Positions 48,911 through 60,440 are shown, counted from the first letter of the stretch. The stretch is 64,000 nucleotides of DNA from an uncultured Alphaproteobacteria bacterium (GCA_944391485.1 CALXTQ010000014.1:679-64678); one strand, 5' to 3'. The notes: generated by a model from the sequence alone, not told the origin. Translations and numbers: made by a program.

Positions 48911-51900
48911 TTTTTACGCTTCCTTTTTTTGCAGCCGGTTTGCGGCCGAGTTTTATCCCCAGCGGGTTGCCCTTTCGAGCTGTTTCGGCCTGTACCGCGG
49001 CTTCATCCCGGCCGTGCCCAGCCCATTCTTTCAGGGTCTCAAACAACGCAAACAAAGCGGGAATAAAAATTATTCCGACAAAAGTGGCGGCAATCATACC
49101 GAAAAATACCGAAGTGCCGATGGCAATCTGGCTCGACGCACCGGCTCCCGTGGCGATAATCATCGGGAAAACGCCGAGAATAAAGGTCAGAGCCGTCATC
49201 AAAACCGCCCGAAATCTTTCGCCGGCTCCTTTTTTGGCCGCGTCCAAAATCGTATCGCCGTCGTCGCGGTAAGCTTTGGTAAACTCCACGATCAAAATCG
49301 CGTTTTTGGCGGCAAGACCTATGAGCATAATCAGTCCCAGCTGGGCGTAAATACTGAGTGACTGTCCCATCAGGTGCAGGCCTATCAGAGCGCCGAGTAT
49401 CGCAAATATCGTCGAAAACATGACGGCAAAAGCCAGCATCCAGCTTTCGTAGAGCGCGACAAGAAACAAGTAGCAGAAAACCAGCGCCAGAATAATCAGG
49501 AAAGTTGCCAGACCGGCGGCTTCCACTTCCTGCAGGCTCAATCCCGTCCAGGCAATCGAAAATCCTTTGGGAAGAAGCTTATCCGCCGACGCGCGAATGG
49601 CATCGATGGCGGTTCCGGTGCTCACGCCCGGGTTGGCCTGAGCGGTTATCGACGCGTCCGTATACTGGTTATAACGATAAATAATCTTCGGAGAGACAGA
49701 AGTTTTTACCGTTGCAAAGCTCTTGACCTTTATCAGGTTTCCGGTATTGGACCGCACATAGAGATTCTCAACGTCCTCAATGCTACGGCGGTAAGCGAAG
49801 TCCGCCTGAATGATGACTTTGTTTATCTGTCCGCTCAGAGTTATGTTATTGACGTAACGCGACCCGAGATTATTCTGCAGCGCCTCAAAAAGCGCGGATA
49901 CCGGAATATTGTAAGATTCAAGCTTGGTCCTGTCTATGTCGAGGTAAACATGCGGCGTGTCTGCCGTAAAAGTACTGAAAGCATAGGACAATTCCGGCGA
50001 GGCGTTGAGACCGCCCAAAAATTTTTCCATGACTCCGTAAAGCTCCAGAGGCGTAATATCGCCGTTTGTCGCCAGAAGTTCCAGAGACAGACCGTTGCTT
50101 TTGCCGATGCCGGGAATGGATGGCGGCGCAAAAAAGTTTATTTCAGCCCGGGAATCGCGGCCGAATTCTTCCAGCAGCCGACTGGTCAGCGCCTCGATCG
50201 ACAAGGATTTTGACTTGCGTTCCGACCAGTCGTCCAGCCCCACGACACCGAGCGCCACGTTTTCTCCGCCGCCGCCCAAAAGCGAATAGCCGGCCACGGA
50301 AATAAAATATTTGACACCTTTGATTTTCAGGGCGCGCGCCGTTACGTCATTCATGACCGCATTGGTTTCGTTAATGCCCGAAGTATCGGGAAGCTGAATG
50401 TTGGCAAAAATAATTCCCTGATCCTCTTCCGGCAGAAAAGATGTCGGTGTCAGGGCAAATCCGAGGCCGATAACGGCAATGGTTCCCACGGTAACCAGAG
50501 CCGTCGTTTTCAGGTAAGACGAAAAAAAGCCGACCACGCCGAGATATTTGTTTTTGAAAAAATCAACCGTTTCGTCGAACCATTTGAAAAAACCGCGCGG
50601 ATTTTCCCGCTGATCGCCGCGGAGGAAAATGGCGCAAAGCGACGGGCTCAGTGTCAGGGCATTGAAGGCGGAGAAAACAACTGCCGTCGCAATGGTTACG
50701 GCAAACTGCTGATAAATTTTTCCGGTAATGCCGGCCATCAGTCCGACCGGAATAAAAATCGAAAGAAGAACAAACGTCGTGGCAATAATCGCGCTGGCAA
50801 TCTGCTGCATCGCCCTGACCGATGCCGACTTGGCATCCATATTTTCGTAAACCATCAGATACTGGACGCGTTCCACAACGATAATCGCGTCGTCTACAAC
50901 CAGGCCGATGGCCAGAATCATGGCAAACAGAGTCAGAATATTAATGTCGAATCCCAGAATATAAATAACGGCGAAAGTAGCAATCAGCGAAACGGGAATC
51001 GTAATCAGCGGAATCAGGGTTGTTTTGATTTTCTGCAAAAAAACGTAAGTTACCAGCACAACCAGCGAAAACGTGATAAACAGCGTTTCGATAATACTCT
51101 GGATGGAAGCGCGAACATAGCCGGTAGAATCGTAGGCTACCTTAAATTCCATATCATCGGGAAAAGTTTCGCTTAATGTCTTTATCTCCTTGCGGACATT
51201 ATTCATAATGTCCAGAGAGTTGGAATTGGGCGTCTGACTCAGGCCGATGATGACCGCGGGGGCATTGTCAAAATGGGCATTCATATTATAAGTGTCGGCA
51301 CCGAGTTCTATTCTGGCAACGTCTTTCAGGCGGATGATGCCGCCGTCGGACGAGGTGGCGACGACAATATTTTCAAAGTCGTCCACATTGTTCAGCAACC
51401 CTTTGGCCGTCAGCGACAGCACAAGTCCAGAATCCGACGGACTGGGCGCCGAGCCGATTTCGCCAATCGAGGCCTGAATGTTCTGTGATGAAACGGCTTT
51501 GACAATATCCGTGCTGTCGAGGCCGAGAGACGATATTTTTTCGGTATTCAGCCAGATACGCATACTGTACTGCGGCCCGTAAATCGACACGTCGCCTATC
51601 CCGGGCACACGGGCCAGAGGATTTTTGATGTTGGTGTAAGCAAAGTTGCTGAGATAAAGGTCGTTGTAAGTGTTGCCGGGAGAGCGCAGCACCAGCATGC
51701 CGAGGATGTTGGACATCTGGGTGCTGACGTCTATTCCTTCCTGATTGACCAGCGCCGGCAGCTGGGACGTTACCTGTTGCAGCCGGTTCTGCACCTTTAC
51801 CTGGGCAATATCAGGATCCGTTCCGACATCAAATGTAATTGTCAGCGTATACTGGCCGTTGTCGTCCGACGTCGAGGACATGTAAAGCATGTTTTCAACG

Positions 51901-52115
51901 CCGTTCATCTGGTTTTCAATGGGAACAGCCACCGTATCGACCAAAACCTGAGCGCTTGCCCCGGGATAGGTGGTCGACACCACAATCTGCGGCGGCGTGA
52001 TCTGCGGATACTGAGAAATCGGCAAAACAGCAATCGACAACAGGCCGAGCAGAATCATTATAATGGAAATAACGCCCGCAAAACGCGGTTTATCAATGAA
52101 ATATTCAGAGAACAT
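48900..52115 (-). CDS. RND efflux permease (AcrB/HAE1 family)
   Basis: [39 protein letters not shown]. Confidence 0.97.
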   Translation of the reverse strand: MFSEYFIDKPRFAGVISIIMILLGLLSIAVLPISQYPQITPPQIVVSTTYPGASAQVLVDTVAVPIENQMNGVENMLYMSSTSDDNGQYTLTITFDVGTDPDIAQVKVQNRLQQVTSQLPALVNQEGIDVSTQMSNILGMLVLRSPGNTYNDLYLSNFAYTNIKNPLARVPGIGDVSIYGPQYSMRIWLNTEKISSLGLDSTDIVKAVSSQNIQASIGEIGSAPSPSDSGLVLSLTAKGLLNNVDDFENIVVATSSDGGIIRLKDVARIELGADTYNMNAHFDNAPAVIIGLSQTPNSNSLDIMNNVRKEIKTLSETFPDDMEFKVAYDSTGYVRASIQSIIETLFITFSLVVLVTYVFLQKIKTTLIPLITIPVSLIATFAVIYILGFDINILTLFAMILAIGLVVDDAIIVVERVQYLMVYENMDAKSASVRAMQQIASAIIATTFVLLSIFIPVGLMAGITGKIYQQFAVTIATAVVFSAFNALTLSPSLCAIFLRGDQRENPRGFFKWFDETVDFFKNKYLGVVGFFSSYLKTTALVTVGTIAVIGLGFALTPTSFLPEEDQGIIFANIQLPDTSGINETNAVMNDVTARALKIKGVKYFISVAGYSLLGGGGENVALGVVGLDDWSERKSKSLSIEALTSRLLEEFGRDSRAEINFFAPPSIPGIGKSNGLSLELLATNGDITPLELYGVMEKFLGGLNASPELSYAFSTFTADTPHVYLDIDRTKLESYNIPVSALFEALQNNLGSRYVNNITLSGQINKVIIQADFAYRRSIEDVENLYVRSNTGNLIKVKSFATVKTSVSPKIIYRYNQYTDASITAQANPGVSTGTAIDAIRASADKLLPKGFSIAWTGLSLQEVEAAGLATFLIILALVFCYLFLVALYESWMLAFAVMFSTIFAILGALIGLHLMGQSLSIYAQLGLIMLIGLAAKNAILIVEFTKAYRDDGDTILDAAKKGAGERFRAVLMTALTFILGVFPMIIATGAGASSQIAIGTSVFFGMIAATFVGIIFIPALFALFETLKEWAGHGRDEAAVQAETARKGNPLGIKLGRKPAAKKGSVKNEK

Positions 52116-53278
52116 TATTTATTCTCCCTGGAACTCTTGGCGTTTTCGGCCAGTCTGACCTTTATTTTCCGGTCCGGGGAAATCTGCCCGACCTTGTCCA
52201 AAACTATGTAATCTCCTTTTTTGAAGCCGTTGCGCACCAGATAATTGTCTCCGGAGGAGGAAATGATGTCTATTTTGACTTTGTCCAGCCGGCTGCCGTT
52301 GACAATGTATACAAAATTTCCCGAGGATTCCATATTAACCAACCGCTGCGCAATCAGGACCGCGTTTTTATAATTTTTTTCGACAATGACATCGACATAT
52401 GCGTTTGAAACCAGCTTTTTATCGGCATTTTCAAAATCGGCAAAGACGGCGATCGAACTTGTTGCCCTGTTTATTTCGTTGTCGGCAAACTGATAGGTTC
52501 CGGTTTTTTCAAAAAGACTGCCGTCGGCCAGCTTTAATTTTATTTTTTCGCCGGCAAAAAGCTGCCCTTTTCCGATTTCTTCAATGTAATCCCTGTCCGT
52601 GATGGAAAAGACAACGCGTATCGGGTCAAACTGAATCAGGCGCAGCAGCGGCTGGGACGACGGCGAAACATAATCGCCGCGCGTCAGGGTTACATTGCCG
52701 ACAATACCGGAAATCGGAGCCTGAATTACCGTATATTCGTAATTTACACGGGCCAGGTCATAATTGGCCCGGGCTTCCGCAAGCTGTGCCTCCGCAGATA
52801 GATAGGACGCCTTGGCATTGTCGATTTCGGTTTTAGACATGGCCTTTTCCCCGGCATTCCGAACTCTCTGATAATATATCCGGGCATTGTTATAGTCGGC
52901 CTGAGCCTGCAAAACAGCCGCCTTGGCCGCATTCATCCGCGCGCGGTATTCGTCCTGACGGATGACCAGCAGCGTGTCGCCCTGTTTGACCTCCTGTCCG
53001 CCTTCAACCAGAATATCCTCCAGAAAGCCGTTTATATAGGGCAGAATATTGACGTCATTAATCGGCGTTACGTAACCGATGTAATTTTTCTCGACTGTCA
53101 TGTCTCTTATGTCGAGAGGCGCCACGTTCAGCGTCAGTTCGGCCTTGTCCCGGCCGACGGCGGCAGCATTTTCGGACGAAGGCCTGTCCCGCAAGGCAAA
53201 ATATGCCAAAATCAAGGCAATAATAGCCAATACCGACAACAAAACGCCGTAAGTCTTTTTTTCTTCTTTCTGCTGCAT
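52115..53278 (-). CDS. RND periplasmic adaptor
   Basis: TM anchor, lipoyl-hairpin GQEVKQGD...IQAPISG. Confidence 0.93.
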   Translation of the reverse strand: MQQKEEKKTYGVLLSVLAIIALILAYFALRDRPSSENAAAVGRDKAELTLNVAPLDIRDMTVEKNYIGYVTPINDVNILPYINGFLEDILVEGGQEVKQGDTLLVIRQDEYRARMNAAKAAVLQAQADYNNARIYYQRVRNAGEKAMSKTEIDNAKASYLSAEAQLAEARANYDLARVNYEYTVIQAPISGIVGNVTLTRGDYVSPSSQPLLRLIQFDPIRVVFSITDRDYIEEIGKGQLFAGEKIKLKLADGSLFEKTGTYQFADNEINRATSSIAVFADFENADKKLVSNAYVDVIVEKNYKNAVLIAQRLVNMESSGNFVYIVNGSRLDKVKIDIISSSGDNYLVRNGFKKGDYIVLDKVGQISPDRKIKVRLAENAKSSRENK

Positions 53279-53295
53279 CTTGCAAATCCCCGTTC

Positions 53296-53325
53296 TTAAA
53301 CTTTTTATTTATGACTAAAGTTTAA
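53296..53325. promoter_or_regulatory. Inverted repeat, possible efflux operator
   Basis: TTAAACTTT-N12-AAAGTTTAA just upstream of the adaptor start. Confidence 0.4.
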
Positions 53326-53484
53326 ATAATGGGGATTGGTTCTAATTCAAGTACAGACAAAAGATTGTTTTTTATGCGGGCGGAAGAATGCAACATACGA
53401 ATATTTCCCGGAAAAAAAGGTCCTCAAAAAGCGGAGAAAAGAAGCCGGGGCGACTGACGAAACTTCCGACGGCCGGCCTGATAT

Positions 53485-53568
53485 GACAGACGGAGAGAAG
53501 TACAACGCGTTGGCGACAGACGGGAAGAAGCACGGCACATTGGCGGCTGACGGAGAAAAAAGAGTGGC
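53485..53568. repeat. Degenerate 30-bp tandem repeat (about three copies)
   Basis: GACAGACGGAGAGAAGTACAACGCGTTGGC, GACAGACGGGAAGAAGCACGGCACATTGGC, GGCTGACGGAGAAAAAAGAGTGGC. Confidence 0.75.
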
Positions 53569-53711
53569 GGCGAATTTGCTGACGGTAAAACTGTGGGATT
53601 TTTAATATTTTTCTTTGCTGTAAGCAAAATCCGTTGTAAACTTGATGTTAAATTTGTGCCGGAACATAGGTCCGGTCACTGTCAATCAAACAAGAGGAAT
53701 ATTTTCTGAAC

Positions 53712-54872
53712 ATGGAAAAAAACAATGATACCGCGCCTGTGGTTCTGCAGGTGCTTCCGGAACTGGAAACCGGCGGTCTGGAGACGGGAACCGTCGAAAT
53801 GGCCTGCGAACTGCAAAAGCACGGCATAAAAAACTTTGTCGCGTCTCAGGGCGGACGCATGGTTCATGATCTGGAAAAGGCCAAGGTCCCGCATATTACG
53901 CTGCCCTTGAAAACCAAGAACCCCTTCAAGATGCTCAGCAACGCCAAAAAGCTGGAAAAGGTCATCCGCGAAAACGGCATCAACATTGTTCATGCCCGCT
54001 CCAGAGCTCCCGCATGGAGCGCCTACTGGGCGGCAAAGCGCGCCGGCGTCCATTTTATGACGACTTTTCATGGCACATACGGTCTCGGCCCTTTCGGCAT
54101 CAAGAAGCTTTATAACCGGGTTATGACCTACGGCGAAAGAGTTATCGCCATTTCCAACCATATCCGGAACCATATGATTAAAAACTATAAAACGGATGAC
54201 GGCAAAATCCGGCTCATCTTCCGCTGCGCGGACATTGAAAAGTTTAATCCGGCAGCCGTATCCCAGGAACGGATGATCAAAAAAATCAAGGAATACAATA
54301 TTGCTGAAGACAAACCCGTCATTCTACTTCCCGGACGCATTACGCACTGGAAAGGTCAGCACCTGCTGATTGAAGCGCTGCACCTGATGAAACATAAAGA
54401 TTATTACTGCATTATCGCCGGCGCGGAACAGGGCCGCACCGATTATCTGAACCACATCAAAAACCTGGCCCGCAAATACAATCTGCAGGATCGCGTCGGC
54501 TTCTTTGGAATTTACAGCGACGCTCCGGCGCTGATGATGGTTTCGAACATTATTCTTTCGACGGCAATCGAACCCGAGGCCTTCGGCCGCATTGCCGTCG
54601 AAGGGCAGGCAATGGGCAAAATCGTTATCGCCTCGAATATCGGAGGGTCTCTGGACAATCTGATCGACGGCAAAACCGGACGCCTGTTTGCCAGCAACGA
54701 CGCCCAATCTCTGGCCGATGCCATTGACTGGGCGCTGGACCTGCCGGAAGAAGAAAAGAAAAAAATCTCCGAAGCGGCGGTCAAAAACGTAAAAGACAAC
54801 TTCACAAAAGAAATAATGTGTGATAAAACTATCAAGGTTTATAAAGAACTTATGGCTCTTGATAAACATTAA
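53712..54872 (+). CDS. Glycosyltransferase family 4
   Basis: LQVLPELETGGLE, HARSRAPAWS, PGRITHWKGQ, EAFGRIAVE. Confidence 0.95.
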   Translation: MEKNNDTAPVVLQVLPELETGGLETGTVEMACELQKHGIKNFVASQGGRMVHDLEKAKVPHITLPLKTKNPFKMLSNAKKLEKVIRENGINIVHARSRAPAWSAYWAAKRAGVHFMTTFHGTYGLGPFGIKKLYNRVMTYGERVIAISNHIRNHMIKNYKTDDGKIRLIFRCADIEKFNPAAVSQERMIKKIKEYNIAEDKPVILLPGRITHWKGQHLLIEALHLMKHKDYYCIIAGAEQGRTDYLNHIKNLARKYNLQDRVGFFGIYSDAPALMMVSNIILSTAIEPEAFGRIAVEGQAMGKIVIASNIGGSLDNLIDGKTGRLFASNDAQSLADAIDWALDLPEEEKKKISEAAVKNVKDNFTKEIMCDKTIKVYKELMALDKH

Positions 54873-54904
54873 AACAATTTAATTTAACAAAGGAAAATTT
54901 TAAA

Positions 54905-56836
54905 ATGGTTGCGATAAAATTACCTGACGGTAGTATTTTAGAGATGGAAAGCGGGGTCAACGGTTTTGACGTCGCGAACAAGATCAGTCCGAATTTGGCC
55001 AAAGCCGCTTTGGCTGTTACTGTTAACGGAAAAACACAGGATTTGAGCACTCCCATCACTACCGACGCAACCGTAACCATCATTACCGGTAAGGATAAGG
55101 AAGGCCTGCATATCCTGCGCCACTCCTGCTCGCACGTTATGGCACAGGCGGTCAAAGAACTCTGGCCTGACGTTCAGGTTACCATCGGCCCGGCCATTGA
55201 AAACGGCTTTTATTATGACTTTGCCCGCAAAGAACCGTTTACAACCGAAGATTTTGAAAAAATCGAAAACAAAATGCACGAAATCGTCAAACGCGACGAA
55301 AAACTCGAGCGTATTGTCATGCCGCGCAACGAGGCAATCAAATACTTTAAGGATCTCGGCGAACATTATAAAGCCGAAATTATCGAAGACCTTCCGGAAG
55401 ACGAAACGATTTCGCTGTACCGCCAGGGATCGTTTACCGATCTGTGCCGCGGACCGCACGTCCCCTCCACCGGCAAAATCGGCGATGCGTTCAAACTGAT
55501 GAAAGTGGCGGGCGCATACTGGCGTGGCGATTCCAGCAAGGAAATGCTGCAGCGTATTTATGCAACGGCCTGGGTGGACAAAAAAGACCTTAAAGCTTAT
55601 CTGGAAATGCTGGAAGAAGCCGAAAAACGCGATCACCGCAAACTTGGCAAGGAAATGGACCTGTTTCATTTTGAGCCGGAATATGCTCCCGGCGCGGTCT
55701 TCTGGCATGACAAGGGCTATAAGATTTACCGCAAACTGATTGAATACATGCGCAACCGTCAGGAGCACAACGGCTACTGCGAGATCTCGACGCCGCGCAT
55801 TATGGACCGCTGTCTGTGGGAAACCTCGGGGCACTGGGACAAATACGGCGCCCACAACTATTCGGGCAGCACCGAAGACGGCAAGATGTTCTGCGTAAAA
55901 CCCATGAACTGTCCGGGCGGCCTTTTGGTTTATAAACAGGGTATAAAGTCATACCGCGATCTGCCGCTGCGTATGGCCGAGTTCGGCAAAGTTAACCGTT
56001 ATGAGGCTTCGGGATCGCTGATGGGACTGATGCGCGTCCGCGAATTTACGCAGGACGACGCCCATATTTTCTGTACGCCGGAACAGATGGAAGAAGAGTG
56101 CATCAGCACGCTGAAGCTGATTTTGGATATTTATAAGGACTTCGGGTTTGAAGACGTCAAAATCTATCTGTCGACACGCCCGGACAGCATTTACCGCATC
56201 GGTTCGGACGAAATCTGGGATATCTGCGAAAACGCTCTGGCCAACGCGCTCAATTCGCACGGTTACAAGTTTGAAATCAATGAAGGCGAAGGCGCCTTTT
56301 ACGGTCCGAAACTTGAATTTATCCTGCGCGATGCTATCGGCCGCGAATGGCAATGTGGCACGATCCAGGTAGATATGAACCTGCCGCAGCGTTTTGATAT
56401 TTCCTATATTGGCGAAGACGGAGAAAAACACCAGCCGGTTATGCTGCACCGCGCTTTGTTCGGCTCCATTGAGCGTTTTCTCGGTATCTTAATCGAGAAT
56501 CACGCAGGAAAACTGCCGCTGTGGCTGTCTCCGGAACAGGTTGTCGTCTGCCCGATTGTCAGCGATTATGACAGCTATGCCGAAGAGGTAACCCAAAAGC
56601 TAAAAAACGCCGGGTTATATGCTAAGGCAGACCTGCGCAACGAAAAGATCAATTACAAAGTGCGTGAACATTCTGTTGCCAAAATTCCGGTCATTGCCGT
56701 TGTCGGCGCCAAGGAAAAAGAAAACGGCACGGTTACCGTCCGCCGGCTGGGTTCCGAAAAGCAGGAAGTTATGAAGCTGGATGACTTTGTGACCGCTCTG
56801 GTTAAAGAAGCCCAAATGCCGCATCTGCACGAATAA
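54905..56836 (+). CDS. thrS: Threonyl-tRNA synthetase
   Basis: TGS domain, DLCRGPH, KPMNCP, FTQDDAH, HRALFGSIERF. Confidence 0.98.
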   Translation: MVAIKLPDGSILEMESGVNGFDVANKISPNLAKAALAVTVNGKTQDLSTPITTDATVTIITGKDKEGLHILRHSCSHVMAQAVKELWPDVQVTIGPAIENGFYYDFARKEPFTTEDFEKIENKMHEIVKRDEKLERIVMPRNEAIKYFKDLGEHYKAEIIEDLPEDETISLYRQGSFTDLCRGPHVPSTGKIGDAFKLMKVAGAYWRGDSSKEMLQRIYATAWVDKKDLKAYLEMLEEAEKRDHRKLGKEMDLFHFEPEYAPGAVFWHDKGYKIYRKLIEYMRNRQEHNGYCEISTPRIMDRCLWETSGHWDKYGAHNYSGSTEDGKMFCVKPMNCPGGLLVYKQGIKSYRDLPLRMAEFGKVNRYEASGSLMGLMRVREFTQDDAHIFCTPEQMEEECISTLKLILDIYKDFGFEDVKIYLSTRPDSIYRIGSDEIWDICENALANALNSHGYKFEINEGEGAFYGPKLEFILRDAIGREWQCGTIQVDMNLPQRFDISYIGEDGEKHQPVMLHRALFGSIERFLGILIENHAGKLPLWLSPEQVVVCPIVSDYDSYAEEVTQKLKNAGLYAKADLRNEKINYKVREHSVAKIPVIAVVGAKEKENGTVTVRRLGSEKQEVMKLDDFVTALVKEAQMPHLHE

Positions 56837-56855
56837 GCCGGTTCAGGCGATATTT

Positions 56856-56888
56856 AATCCCTCCGCTATTTGGCGGAGGGATTTTTTT
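56856..56888 (+). terminator. Terminator of thrS
   Basis: AATCCCTCCGC/GCGGAGGGATT hairpin plus a T-run. Confidence 0.9.
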
Positions 56889-56985
56889 ATCCTATCCTAA
56901 GATAAATCTTAAGTTTTATCTACGCTTGCCAGCGTGGCGGCAGCAATGTTTCAATCCCTGTTATGGTTTTCCGCAATGTCGCAAT

Positions 56986-57015
56986 AAAACAGCCCCGCAG
57001 TCAGCGGGGCTGTTT
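56986..57015 (-). terminator. Terminator of the Cys-rich gene
   Basis: AAACAGCCCCGC-AGTCA-GCGGGGCTGTTT. Confidence 0.85.
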
Positions 57016-57016
57016 G

Positions 57017-59329
57017 TTAATACTGGCAGAGATAGCAGGACTTGATGCTGCTGTAACTCCAGGATGATGAAGAACCGCCGCAGTTACCGTGTTTGTTGTC
57101 CCAGTCGCAGTCATAATAATCGTTATCATTTTTATTATCTGTACCAAAACCGGGGCTGATTATGTTACAGCCTTTTTTAGCTCGAACATTTCGGGTTGAT
57201 CCCTTTGTATCCGTACCACCGAGACGAATACGAGGTTCCCAACCATCGCTGAGTTTCCTGCCAAAACACATCTGGCTCCTCCAGCCACCACTATTTTCGT
57301 AGCACATATTCATATAATTCGTATAAAGCTGCGAGTGTCCCTGAAGTCTTACTTTGCCGGACGGGTTGATATTTACCCGGTTAACATCCAGTATCGCCAT
57401 ATGGTAAATAAACAGGTTGGCCGGGCCTTTAACCGAAGTATTGTTCTGATTCAGATTGATTGTTCCGCCAAGCGTCGCGTCTTTGGTAACATGCGCCGAA
57501 GAACATTCACCGACATTCAGCGTTGATATTTTTAAATCTCCCGAACTGTACGGGTGAATCTGAACAACGGAAGTATTGCTGATGTCCAGAGTCGAAATTG
57601 TTCCGCCGGTAAGATCGCCCTCCGCGCCGTCTTTAATATAAAGCGTCGACAAAGTCGCCCCTTTGCTGACAGTAACCTTGGTTGCCGCACCGTTGCCGAC
57701 ATTTGCATTGTCAACGGTTACCGTTCCGTTGATTTTTACGCCGCTGCCAAAACTGATTCTTCCGGCATGAGCAACAATTGGCCCTTCATAAGTGCCGCTT
57801 TTCAGCGTCAGATAGACGGATGAACTGTCCAAATCGCCGTATTTGATATTGCCGCTGAGGGTTGCCGCCGCGCTGCCCCATACGGCAATGGTTTTGGCCT
57901 TGTAAACCGGATTGCCGCTGGTCAGCCCGTTGACATTGAAAGTTCCGCCATCATAAACCTTAAAAACAAATCCTTTATTGGCTGCGGAACTGGCTCCGGT
58001 TCCCATCGTTATGCTTCCTTTATCAAGAATCACTACCGTTCCCGTATCCTTGAAAGTAACATTGTCCCACTTGGCCTGGAAGTCGACCAGAAATTCGTTT
58101 GAACCAGACGGCATGACATCTACGCCGTCAATGCTTTTATTGAGAAGATAAGCGCTTTCTACCGACGAAGCCGTTACCGTCGGTTTCGACAAGGAAGCAC
58201 AGGCCGGATAAGCCGTCAGCTTCGACGGGCCGTAAATATAACGGTAGTCCGAGCAAGCGGCATCTTTCCAGGAAGTGTTTTGGAAAGGCATTTTTCCGTC
58301 TTCAATAATATAGGCCTCGGCTTTGTTGGACAGGCTGTAAATGGTGCCGTTGGTATCTTCGGCAAATTTTCCGGAAGTCAAAAGCTCCGTACGGCAGCTG
58401 GCTTTACAATACTGCGTGCTGGCCGGACAATAATAATCCGAACCGAATTTTTTCGCCTCTTCGGCTGTGCAGATATTCGACGTATATCCCTGTTCCGAAC
58501 AGTAATCGGCCACGCTTTTGCATTCATTATATGTCGTAACGCCGTCTATCGTACATGACGAGGCGTTAACTGCCGGGCCATAATCGCAGTCCCTGTAATT
58601 TTCAGGACATTTGCAAGCCTGATATTTTCCATCGCATTCCTCGCCGATACCAACCTGATTATTGACGCAGGTTTCGGTATAATTATCCGGACAGCCGCAA
58701 TCGCTGTACAAAATTACCTTGCTTGTGGCATTCAGCCGGCCGCCGCTTTTGAAGAAGTTATTGCTGATACAGCTTTTGCCTTTCAGGATTTTCGGCTGTA
58801 TGCAGCTCTGAACTTGGCCGCTGTAAATGCCTCCGGAAGGAATATCGGCAGCATCGGCAATGTATTTATAGGTTGAAGGACTGCAAACGCAAATTTTGTT
58901 TCCCGTCGCCGCGCAGGTATTGGCGGCATAAGTTCCGCCGGTACAGGACTTTTCCGTTACCGAAGAAGATAAGCAGCATTCTTTATAGTAGCCGCTTTCC
59001 AAACCGCATTCGCCGACCGGCTCGGAAGAAATTCCCGAAGCTGACAAAACCGAAAAACTGCTGCTGCAGCTTTGTATTGTAAAGCCGTTTTTGGCACACT
59101 GCCCCTTGACATTATAATCGTCAGAATCCAAGCTTTCAGTGCCGCAAGTCCCATTTGAGACAAAGCAGACGCGCGCAAGCTGATAAGAGGCATCAGAATC
59201 TTGGATAGGCTTTAGCCCGATAGGTGTGTATATATGTGTGTCTGTAAAGATATGATTCTCAGAGGCGTTGCCAGGACCGGCCAATAAAATCACAACAAAA
59301 AACAAAAAGATTTTAAAAACAGCAATCAT
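57017..59329 (-). CDS. Secreted Cys-rich surface protein with a beta-helix-like region
   Basis: Signal peptide, roughly 37 Cys by hand count, G/T/S/N-rich beta-strand repeats in the middle-to-C-terminal part. Confidence 0.8.
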   Translation of the reverse strand: MIAVFKIFLFFVVILLAGPGNASENHIFTDTHIYTPIGLKPIQDSDASYQLARVCFVSNGTCGTESLDSDDYNVKGQCAKNGFTIQSCSSSFSVLSASGISSEPVGECGLESGYYKECCLSSSVTEKSCTGGTYAANTCAATGNKICVCSPSTYKYIADAADIPSGGIYSGQVQSCIQPKILKGKSCISNNFFKSGGRLNATSKVILYSDCGCPDNYTETCVNNQVGIGEECDGKYQACKCPENYRDCDYGPAVNASSCTIDGVTTYNECKSVADYCSEQGYTSNICTAEEAKKFGSDYYCPASTQYCKASCRTELLTSGKFAEDTNGTIYSLSNKAEAYIIEDGKMPFQNTSWKDAACSDYRYIYGPSKLTAYPACASLSKPTVTASSVESAYLLNKSIDGVDVMPSGSNEFLVDFQAKWDNVTFKDTGTVVILDKGSITMGTGASSAANKGFVFKVYDGGTFNVNGLTSGNPVYKAKTIAVWGSAAATLSGNIKYGDLDSSSVYLTLKSGTYEGPIVAHAGRISFGSGVKINGTVTVDNANVGNGAATKVTVSKGATLSTLYIKDGAEGDLTGGTISTLDISNTSVVQIHPYSSGDLKISTLNVGECSSAHVTKDATLGGTINLNQNNTSVKGPANLFIYHMAILDVNRVNINPSGKVRLQGHSQLYTNYMNMCYENSGGWRSQMCFGRKLSDGWEPRIRLGGTDTKGSTRNVRAKKGCNIISPGFGTDNKNDNDYYDCDWDNKHGNCGGSSSSWSYSSIKSCYLCQY

Positions 59330-59365
59330 GGCACACACCCCATAATTATCATATTGAACTAAAGC

Positions 59366-59404
59366 CTATGATTCCATGATACAGATCATAGAGCGTTTTG
59401 TCAA
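59366..59404 (-). promoter_or_regulatory. Sigma70 promoter with an overlapping inverted repeat
   Basis: TTGACA-17 nt-TATCAT. CTATGAT-N12-ATCATAG (59366-59391) spans the -10 element. Confidence 0.65.
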
Positions 59405-59442
59405 CTATTTATGGGGCGTGTTGTCTTTTTGGCTAATTGTTT

Positions 59443-59961
59443 TTAAATGAGCCCAAGTTTGCGCAGGGGTTCAAGCACTTTTTCCTTATTGCGCTTTTTC
59501 AGCGGGCGTATCGGCCGGCCGGCATAAACAGTCCAGGGCTCGAACTTGTACCGCGGCGGCACAAAACTCAGAGCGCCGATGCTGACCCCTTCAGGAATGT
59601 CGTTGTCGGGCATGATAACGGAATTGGTGCCGACGCCGGTATATTTTCCGAGAGTTACTCCGCCGGTTATTTCCGGCACATCGGGAACGGAATGCGTAAC
59701 CAGTTCGTTTACATAGTCATTGCTGGACAGCCAGATTTTGACGCCGGCGGCAAGGCTGGAATAACTGCCCATTTTGAAAGTCAGTTTTCCGTCGCCGCCC
59801 GCAATATATGCTCCCGCGGCGATTTCACAGTCAGACCCGATCTCGCAGGCACTGGATATGCGGCAGAAGTCGGAAATACGCACATTATCTCCGACCGTAA
59901 CCAGATCCGGTTTTTTGATGACTACATATTCGCCCAAAACAAAATTTTTTCCGTGTTTCAT
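59443..59961 (-). CDS. Left-handed beta-helix O-acyltransferase
   Basis: Hexapeptide repeats, IGALSFV, VYAGRP. Confidence 0.9.
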   Translation of the reverse strand: MKHGKNFVLGEYVVIKKPDLVTVGDNVRISDFCRISSACEIGSDCEIAAGAYIAGGDGKLTFKMGSYSSLAAGVKIWLSSNDYVNELVTHSVPDVPEITGGVTLGKYTGVGTNSVIMPDNDIPEGVSIGALSFVPPRYKFEPWTVYAGRPIRPLKKRNKEKVLEPLRKLGLI

Positions 59962-60067
59962 GATATCCTCCGTTTCACATTATGAAACAAGGTTATCAAT
60001 CGGCGTAGCAAAAAACAAATCACTTAAAAATAAGAGATGTTTCAATGTATGAATTTGTAAGATTTTG

Positions 60068-60394
60068 TTACTGAAGCAGCGTCAGCACCGCGCTACGCAC
60101 ATTTTTGTCCTTGCTGCGGTAACAGTTCAGAAGCTGTTTTTCCTCATCCGTTACCAGAATATCGTCCTCAACGGCTATGCCGGCAAAGAAATCCACCACG
60201 GATATGTTCATTACACTTAAGATTTTGAGCAGACGGGCGCAGGATATCCGGTTTATGCCGGCCTCATATTTCTGAACCTGCTGAAAAACAACGCCTATTT
60301 CTTTGGCCAGCCTTTCCTGGCTGAAATTCCGGAGCTCGCGAAAATAACGCAGGCGTCTGCCGAGCTCGATATCTATCTCTCCCACTTTTGACAC
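60068..60394 (-). CDS. XRE family HTH regulator
   Basis: SQERLAKEIGVVFQQVQKYEAGINRIS. GGAGG RBS. Confidence 0.92.
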   Translation of the reverse strand: MSKVGEIDIELGRRLRYFRELRNFSQERLAKEIGVVFQQVQKYEAGINRISCARLLKILSVMNISVVDFFAGIAVEDDILVTDEEKQLLNCYRSKDKNVRSAVLTLLQ

Positions 60395-60440
60395 AACACA
60401 CCTCCAAGTATCTCAAAAAACAAAAACCACCTGTAAAAGG

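Noticed and set aside
53336-53605. 89-aa ORF or CRISPR array over the tandem repeats
   Set aside because: Weak TTG start and no recognisable domain; the repeats are contiguous without unique spacers.
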